From the human T2T-CHM13v2.0 reference genome, Homo sapiens, in NCBI RefSeq assembly GCF_009914755.1, contig NC_060926.1: DNA of 64,000 bases; one strand, 5' to 3'. The notes under the pieces are model-generated. The model made no database searches, was not told where the DNA came from, and was given only the letters and a program-made list of their open reading frames with translations. Positions within the stretch are counted from its first letter, which is position 1; each line of letters starts with the position of its first letter. This document shows, in pieces, positions 54,040 to 64,000 of this stretch. The translations under genes and the position numbers were made by a program.

Positions 54040-54299
54040 CCCTTCAGGAATTTTAGAATTCTTCAAGGTCAAAGAAGTGTAACTGCTTCTCAATATGTGC
54101 CCGAAGTATTTTAAAATTCATAATCACCCCAAAATCATGAAATCTGAGAATTGGGAGAGACTTGGGGCCCTATCCAATCCAATTCCTCATTTTACAAATG
54201 GAAAAACTGAGACCTAGGGAAGATTAAAAACTTGCCCAGACTGGTGTTTACATTAGTTTAGAGCTAGGGCCACAGGCTCGGATACTCCCAGTCCAGGCA

Positions 54300-54880
<581 letters not shown>

Positions 54881-55847
54881 AGCACGTCAAGTCCCTGCCC
54901 CTACTATGGCCTCTGCCATTTGCTACGTGTGTGTCTGTTTCTTTAAGCCTGTTCAAGGTGTGAACTGGAACAAAAAGGTTGTGAGAGTCACTCATTTCAG
55001 CTCTCTCCATTGCAGCCCACTCACCTAGAGACAAGTCACTCTGTCCTCCATGTGTGAATCACATCAACTCCAAGATTTCTCCAGCTCAGCTGTGGCTTTC
55101 ATTGATGTAAAATATTAAATAACCTTGACATAAGACATACGTATCTGGGTCAACCAGCGTTCATATTCTGGTATCTGTATAGGGGCCAGGTGTTTTCAAG
55201 GCAACAGCTGCAGGACTGTCATCTGGCTTGAGCAAGCTATAAAAATCCAGAGAAATGGAGAGGACATCCCTTTACATTTACCCCCAAACCTCACTGTGGA
55301 AAATTAAGAACACATCTCTGAAATTACACTCCAAATAGAAAAGTAATTAAAACAGAAAAGCACAGCCTGATCTTGTTACCTTTCCAGCCTCAGAGAGAAT
55401 CCACCTGAGGCTGTAAAAATCCTTATAGGTAGGTAGCTAACGTGGCCAACACTCAGATGCATATTTATACTGACATTTACACGGACAAAATCCCCATTCC
55501 TTATTTGGAAAAGCCATAGGAAGCAAGAGGTCTTTATTTGAAAGCTCTGCAGCATTGATAAAAGCATTTGGAACGGCTTTCACACGCTAGCCTTACATAG
55601 CCTAAACCGCTTGACTTTCAGAAGTCCTAATTAGCAGTCTTATCGTGAAGAGAATGCTTAGGTTGACATGGGGTTCAGCTAAGTCCTGAGAGGTCCTGAA
55701 CGCCGAAAAGATTACAGTACTCACCCTCGTACCTTACCTACAACTATAATTCAAAACATACCCCAAGCCCTAACACAAACAAGACAAACTATAATAAAGC
55801 CAAAATAGCCTTTTTCTAGGCATCTCTGGTTGAAAAATTCTAGATAA

Positions 55848-56844
<997 letters not shown>

Positions 56845-57910
56845 TAAATGGGGAAACTGAGGCCCTGGTCACAGTAGCACACACAGGATGAACTGGAGAT
56901 GAGAAATTTGAAATACACCACACTACTTCTCCACTTCAATTGTCTATTAGTAAAATGACCTCCCACCCCTTGGTTTTAAAGATCCCAAGTAAGGAAAAGA
57001 AGGTACACTTTCAAGGGTTCCCATAGGAACACCCAGTTTCCATTGTTGAACTGCAGAGCTGGTGGTGAGTCAATTTGCATACATTTCAAAAAATCTACCT
57101 AAGATGGTTTCAAGAGCCCAGCATGATAAATTATGCACCTTTGGCAAAGTAAGGCAATGTATGTTCTAATTAATTAGGTATGTGAATCACAAGGAGTATT
57201 GGACCTGAAACAAAGGAAGGGACTTGGAGAGTTCAGAGTAAAGATTCATAAATTAGCTCCGAAAGAAATGAATTAATTGCTTCTGAATTTTGCACTCCTC
57301 CCCCCACCCCCAACTCCACATTTTGTACTGCAAATATGTTACAAGTCTTTGTTTTCCTTCTGGCTTTTCAGCTGTGTCTTTGAAGTTCCCTAGTTCTGCA
57401 GTAACAGGCTTCCCTTGCCTGGCTCCATGTTCCTGTCTATGGACCCAGCCAGAACTTCCTCCAATATGTCCAATTCATGGATAATTAGTCCGAACTAAAA
57501 ACATAATCTGCTCAGGATAATTGACTCTATATGAAGTCGGCTTTAAAAAATGTCTACTTTGGGTTTCAGGGATTTGCATATGACATGATTATTGCTTAAG
57601 TCAAATTGAAATCATAGGAGGTCTAATCCCCTTTCAGAGCTAGTGAGTCACCGCTGATCCTTCTGGTGGTGGAAGAAGAAGCAAGACAAATTCCATAAGC
57701 ATAGCACTGTGTTTTTACCCAAAGCACAAAATGTAAATGGAATTTTTCTAAAATGTTCCTGGGGGTTAAAGTTACTTAAACCCTGCAGGGTGTCTGTCCC
57801 TGGCACTAGCGGTTGTTCAAGGGCCTCCGTGAGCCTGCTCTGGCACCTCTGCAATCTCAATGACTGCTTAGTAATCAAAGACGTGAAACTAAAATAAAAA
57901 GGCATTATTG

Positions 57911-58208
57911 GGCCGAGTGCAGTGGCTCACATCTGTAATTCCAGCACTTTGGGAGGCGGAGGCGGGCAGATCACTTGAGCTCAGGAGTTTGAGACAAGCC
58001 TGGCCAACATGGTAAAACCCCGTCTCTACTAAAAATACAAAAATTAGTGGGTTGTGGTGGCACGTGCCGGTAATCTCAGCTACTCGGGAGACTGAGGCAG
58101 GAAAATCGCTTGAACCCGGGAGGCGGTGGTTGCAGTGAGCCGAGATCATGCCACTATACTCCAGCCTGAGCAACAGAGCAACACTCCATTTCAAAATAAA
58201 AAATAAAA
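57911..58208 (+). mobile_element. AluS (Sz/Sx-like)
   Basis: Alu dimer; TSD-like AAAAGGCATTATTG / AAAAGGGCACTATTG. Confidence 0.96.
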
Positions 58209-58289
58209 AGGGCACTATTGTATTGCTGCCTCACAAATGTTGATAACCATGTTCAACATATATTTTATGTGATCATATGTGAAGTATTA

Positions 58290-58700
58290 ATTGGTGCAGA
58301 TTCTGCAAAGCTAATTGGCAATATGTTTACACACTTTGACCCAGTAATTCTATTTCCAGAGATGATTCTAGGAAATTCGCCAGCAATGTGGACAAAGATT
58401 TTCTATAAGGAACTTTATCAGTGTTATTTACACAAATGAAAAACTTGAAAAAAGTAAATTATGTCCAACACTGGTTAAATAATGTTACAACCAAAGGTAA
58501 AATAATATGAAGTCATTTAAAATGGTGTTTGAAACAATAATTAAAGACATAGAGAAAATGCTCATAATATGAATAATCAAGCCTGGCTATTTTTTTAAGC
58601 ATAGAAAAAGACTATGTTTAAGCATAGAAAAAAATGTTATTCCAGTTTATTACAATGAAAATACACTGCTCCTATAATACAAAATATTTTTAATGGGTGA
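58290..58700 (+). mobile_element. L1ME fragment
   Basis: CACTTTGACCCAGTAATTCTATTTCCAGAG...CAGTGTTATTTAC...ATGTCCAACA. Confidence 0.6.
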
Positions 58701-59999
58701 TTCTCATAATACTTCACAGATGTAAAGTGTTATCTCATTATAATGGATTTTTAAAAGTAAGCCTAGTTTCTTGTTACTAAGAGACTCAGAAAGTGAGTTG
58801 TATTCATTGTTAATAATAGTTTCAGAAAGACATACAACCTGTGGAGCCTTCGTTTCTAGCCAAACTGAAGAATCGGCTTCACATTTGATGGCTCTCCTTT
58901 GAAACATGCAAAAGGAAGCTGCTATAAAGTCAGGCCCATAAAAAAGTCATTTGCCTAGACCTCCCATTCCAGTCCAGTCCAGCCCTCACTGGCTATTAAG
59001 GTAACTGTTTGGAAAGAACATATTTCCCTCTCTAGTAATCAAAATGCATCTTCTCCTCCATCTGCCTCATAATGAGAAGTCATAATCTTCTTTTTATGAC
59101 ATCTCCATAAAAGACATCAATAGAACAAAAAAATACATTGCTCCTGGTAATAATAGTGTTTGTTATGGAAATTGTAAAATGTTCCCATATAGGTACAATC
59201 CACTTTAATTAAGCCTTGTCAAAGAATACATTTTCAAATCATCTAAATTAGATATTGTAGAGCCATAAGCTTGCTATCATGGGGGAAAAAATATAACTCC
59301 GGGATTAAGCCTGGGGCTGAATCAATTTTCTTATTAAGAGCCTGCATGGCTCAGGACATTTGTAATGGAAGCTAAGCCAAGCCTCTGGCTTTAAGTTCCA
59401 GCCTGGCAGTCAAAGACTGAGAGCTTTTTGTGCTGAGAATATGCGGACTGATGGGCTACAAGACTGTGCCCAGCTTCCCTCAGCCGGCTGAACCCTGCAG
59501 TGCTCCAGGTTCTAAAATGCTCCCGCCGGCCCTTTGCAGTCTGTCCTCCAGGATGGGCCTGAACCAGAAGCAGAAAGATGCAGCAGGAAGCCGACGGGGT
59601 CTCAGCAGAGATTCCAGGTTCCAGAAAGCTCCCAGGCATAGGGAGATGAGGCAAGGGTGGACCTGGCCAAATTTGAAAGAGCAAACCACAACTTTCTTTT
59701 TATATTATATAACCCTTTTGTTAAATTCCTTATCAAAAATTATAAAAGTAACATGTATGCCCCATATTTGTTTAAAAATTAAGAAAATGTATAGTAAAAT
59801 ATAATCTTCTCTACAATCTTTGCCATGTCTCCGCCTCTTAGGTTCAATGGAGACAGCCTGGTGTGTGTCTTTCCACCATAAAACATGCATAGGAGGTGGC
59901 CCTGCTTATTTTTATTAAAGAACGGCCATTGCATACACATTATTCTGCAACTTGTTTTTCTCATATAACAGCCCTGCAGGCCCACAGCTATAGATGTAG

Positions 60000-60363
60000 T
60001 GTTTTAGCTCATTTTCATGCTGCTGATAAAGACATACCCAAGACTGGGTAATTTACAAAAGAAAGAGGTTTAATGGACTCACAGTTCCACGTGCCTGGGG
60101 AGGCCTCACAATCATGGTGGAAGGAGAAAGGCAGGCTTTACATCACAGCAGGCAAGAGAGAGAGAATGAGAATCAAGCCAAACAAGTTTCACCTTATCGA
60201 ACCATCAGATCTCGTGAGACTTATTCACTACCACGAGAACAGTATGGAAGAAATCACTCCCATGATTCAATTATCTCCCACCAGTTCCCTCCCACCACAC
60301 GTGGGAATTATGGGAGTAAAGTTCAAGATGAGATTTGGGTGGGGACACAGCCAAACTATATCA
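60000..60363 (-). mobile_element. THE1B/C-like MaLR solo LTR
   Basis: CATTTTCATGCTGCTGATAAAGACATACCCAAGACTGGG...GACACAGCCAAACTATATCA; TSD TGTAG/TGCAG. Confidence 0.95.
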
Positions 60364-61689
60364 TGCAGGAAAACAGCATTTTCAGCTGTTCAGCTGTGAT
60401 TTTCTGGGTGCTCTTTCTGCCTTCCCCCACAGTGTGGAGGCACGGACCCAGCTCCCATGAACCTTCCCTGGTAAGCACCAACGCCCCTCTTACTCCCACA
60501 TTAAACATGTCCCATTGTCAAGTTGGTGGCCATATGGTCACCTTTCCCCAGGCCCTGACATGGGAGCTCAAGCTTCTCCTGCAAGCTTGGCCTTAGTCAG
60601 TGGTTGATTCCTCCAGTCCAACTGTTGTTCTCCATCCCACTGCCATCAGAAGGCAGAAACGGCACAGTATCTGACAGTGTCTTGGAGACACTCATGGGGC
60701 TGCTCATGGCCTGGAGGAAGGGTAGTGAGTGACTGCCCAGCTTCCCTGGTGCCAGAGCCACCCCCAGCCCAGGCGCAAGCTCCCTTCGGGAACTCCTCAT
60801 GTCTGGGCTTGAAGCACAAGGCCAGGATGTTAAGAGGCCTATCAAGACCATGTCTTGGGTCCTATTCTTTAGATGTATCAGTTCCATCAACCCAGTCTTT
60901 CCTGGAAGCCTTTGTTTAAAACAACAACAGCTCAGCTCAGACACAAGGCTGAACAGTTGTCCTTCACCTAAGGGTTTTCAAAGCCCCACATTCATAACTT
61001 TGCTTTTTCAAGACCAGCTGGCTGGCCCTTTAAAACAAGATGCAATATTGCTCCCCCATTTACCAACTGGTCAAAGAGAGACAGAGACAAATTAGGTAAT
61101 TAATTGCTCTTCCTGCTGTGAGTCAGGGCCACAACTGACATCAAGACCCAGCCTCTCTGGGGCTCACAATGCCATCATTACTGACCCTCACTGAAGCCAT
61201 TCTGTGAGGTGCAGAAAAGCTTTCTATGCAAAACAAATTAAAAATGAGAAAACACAGCAAGACCTTTGGTGTTTCTGGATGCTCAGAAAAAGTCCTTCAG
61301 TCCTTCATTAGATGAGCCCTTCCTCCTAAGGCCCTCAGGGCACTTCCCAAATGCAACAACTCTCCTTATGCAGTCTCGGACAAATGGGTTCAAAGGCTGT
61401 TCTCCTGCCACCCACAGACAGGGAGGTGCCATGTTACCAAGCACCTATGACACCAAGGAGCAGGCAACTGAGATGGAAGATGCAAAGGGGCCGCCTCTGC
61501 CTCAGTGGGTTTGTGGCTTACGCTGAGGGTTTGTTCCCTGAGTCTCTGTTCTAGTTCCTGAAAGAGATCAGTCACTTCACCCACAAAAAAAATATATTGG
61601 TTGTGACCTGCTAATGTCCCAGCACAGTGGAAAACAATAAAGTTACAGAGGAGCAAAACAGGGAGAAAGTTTATGCAAGAGAGGAAACA

Positions 61690-62050
61690 GGAGCTTATAG
61701 ACTCAGGGACTGAAGCAAGAATGTGGATGTGAGGAAATTGCTTGGGAGGGGAGCCCAAGAGACACCAAAAGAGAAATGCAGGAATGTGGTGGGCAGACAG
61801 AGAAGAGAAGGATGCAAGCTGCCAAGCTGAGCAAAGTTGAATCTCCTGGGTGACTCTGGGAACCAGGGTAGAGTTAGCCTGTCCAAGGCAGGGGAGGGAG
61901 CTGAGGTATTTATGTAGCACCTTCTGTCAGTCACTGATTGAGGGCTGCTGAGGGGAGGGGTGACTTGTTAATTGTCTGGGACTTCCTGCCAGCCCTGAGA
62001 ATGCCCTCAGTCATAAGAACAGCTGCTGGGGTGGGGGACAAGGTGTCAAA
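61690..62050 (-). mobile_element. old ERVL LTR (LTR33/LTR67-class), family uncertain
   Basis: GGAGCTGAGGTATTTAT...CTGTCAGTCACTGATTGAGGGCTGCT motif. Confidence 0.45.
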
Positions 62051-62187
62051 GAAAGTTCTATGTGCAAGACACTGGTCAGACCCCTGAGGGGTAAGTCAGG
62101 GCGCAGAATCCCAGGCCACAGTGGAGGCTGAGAGGGGGCTCTGCTCAGAAGTATAAAGTCATGAGGAGTGAAGAATGATGATTCTAC

Positions 62188-62219
62188 ACAACAGGCGAAC
62201 TTCTTCTGTAAAGGGCAAA
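62188..62219 (-). mobile_element. 3' tip of MER58A
   Basis: GGCGAACTTCTTCTGTAAAGGGC = reverse complement of MER58A end GCCCTTTACAGAAAAAGTTTGCC. Confidence 0.75.
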
Positions 62220-62569
62220 TGTCTTCGTTCATTTGTGCTGGATGGCTTATACCATAGGTTGAGAGGCTGATAAACCACAGAAATTTGTTCCTCACAGTTT
62301 TGATGCTGGAAGTCTGAGATCAGGGAGCCAGCATGATGGGGTTCTGGTAAGGACCCTTTTCTGAGTTGCATATGGAAAGCTGTCCTCTCACTGTGTCCTC
62401 AGGTGGTACAAAAGAGAGCAGGCGAGCTTTCTGGGGCCCCTTTTATGAGGACACTAATCCCACTCAGGAGGGCTCCAGGCTCATGGCCTAATCATCCCCA
62501 AAGGCCCCACCACCTAACACCATCATCCTGGGGGCTAGAAGTTTGACAAATGAATTTGAGGGGGACACC
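62220..62569 (-). mobile_element. MLT1A-like LTR lacking its first ~20 bp
   Basis: CAGAAATTTGTTCCTCACAGTTTTG...GCTGGAAGTCTGAGATCAGGG...TGAATTTGAGGGGGACACC. Confidence 0.9.
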
Positions 62570-62669
62570 CCAGATTACTCTTTTGGGAAATAAGAGTAAG
62601 AATATTTAGAGATTAAGTCAGATAATATATGTAAAGCACCTAACACATGGTAAGTGTCCATTAAATGGT

Positions 62670-63750
62670 TATTATTATATTATATACAATATTATATATT
62701 ATATATATTACATATATATTATATTGTATATAATATATATATTATATTGTATATAATATATATATTATATTGTATATAATATATATATTATATTGTATAT
62801 AATATATATATTATATTGTATATAATATATATATTATATTGTATATAATATATATATTATATTGTATATAATATATATATTATATTGTATATAATATATA
62901 TATTATATTGTATATAATATATATATTATATTGTATATAATATATATATTATATTGTATATAATATATATATTATATTGTATATAATATATATATTATAT
63001 TGTATATAATATATATATTATATTGTATATAATATATATATTATATTGTATACAATATATATTATATTGTATACAATATATATTATATTGTATATAATAT
63101 ATTATATTGTATATAATATATTATATTGTATATATTATATTGTATATAATATATTATATGTATATAATATAGTGTATACTATATTATATAATATATATTG
63201 TGTATACTATATTATATATTATATATTGTATACAATATATCATATATGATATATTGTATACAATATATCATATATGATATATACAATATATCATATATGA
63301 TATATTGTATATATCATATATGATATATTGTATACTATATATCATATATGATATATAGTATACAATATATTATATATTGTATATAATATATAATATATGA
63401 TATATTGTATATAATATATTATATATGATATATTGTATATTATATATTATATATTGTATATTGTATATTATATATTATATATTGTATATAATATGTTATA
63501 TATTGTATATAATATGTTATATATTATATATTGTATATATGTTATATATTATGTATTGTATATAATATGTTATATATTATATATTGTATATAATGTATTA
63601 TATATTGTATATATTATATATTGTATATAATGTATTATATATTGTATATTATATATTATATATTGTATATAATATATTATATACATTATATTATATATTA
63701 TATATTGTATATAATATATTATATACATTATATTATATATATTATATATT
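62670..63750. repeat. AT-rich minisatellite/(TA)n complex; ~14 perfect 23-bp units at ~62712-63052
   Basis: unit TTATATTGTATATAATATATATA; G recurs every 23 bp from 62726 to 63048; degenerate variants continue to 63750. Confidence 0.97.
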
Positions 63751-63943
63751 AGGAGTCAACAAACTATGACCTACAGGGCAAATCTAGCTTGCTGCTTGCT
63801 TTTGTAAATAAAGTTTTATTGAAATATAGCATCACTCATTCATTTACATATTGTCTGTGGCTGCTCTCGTATAAAAAAACAGAGTTAAATAGTGATGACA
63901 CAGATCCTGGGATCCACAAAGCCTAAAATATTCATTACTTGAC
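63751..63943 (+). mobile_element. MER58A (5' portion)
   Basis: AGGAGTCAACAAACTATGACC...TTTTGTAAATAAAGTTTTATTGAAA...CAAAGCCTAAAATATT. Confidence 0.9.
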
Positions 63944-63974
63944 TGCAGTGGACTGAATGTTGGTGTCCCCCTCA
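63944..63974 (+). mobile_element. 5' tip of an MLT1A-like LTR
   Basis: TGCAGTGGACTGAATGTTGGTGTCCCCCTCA resembles the MLT1A start TGCTATGGACTGAATGTTTGTGTCCCC. Confidence 0.8.
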
Positions 63975-64000
63975 CACACACATATATATATACACACACA

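Noticed and set aside
63046-63769. Y/I-rich ORFs
   Set aside because: Translation of the AT-rich repeat

Overview
Primate (most likely human) non-coding DNA, either intergenic or deep intronic. I cannot identify the locus from sequence alone. No protein-coding gene, RNA gene or processed pseudogene is supported. The ORF-track entries are L1, Alu or LTR translations, tandem-repeat read-through, or chance ORFs. The window is a mosaic of interspersed repeats: about 11 Alu/FLAM, L1 of several ages, many MIR and L2 fragments, MaLR/ERVL/ERV1 LTRs and hAT/Tigger DNA transposons. It also holds two minisatellites (a 21-bp GC-rich array at ~12.1 kb and a 23-bp AT-rich array at ~62.7 kb) and several repeat-free islands with clustered transcription-factor motifs. 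The most notable observations are: (1) an apparent ~1.4-kb inversion at the right end, shown by a split, oppositely oriented MER58/MLT1A pair with a 13-bp inverted duplication at the breakpoints, enclosing the AT-rich array; (2) a 64-bp locally templated insertion at 18.5 kb copied from 2.4 kb downstream and flanked by ~27-bp direct repeats; (3) a perfect palindrome of two NF-kB sites with a central STAT site; (4) a MER52 LTR whose 5' 0.5 kb has kept its CpGs. Repeat family names are from recalled consensus sequences, and boundaries of old elements are approximate. No new biological system is demonstrated.
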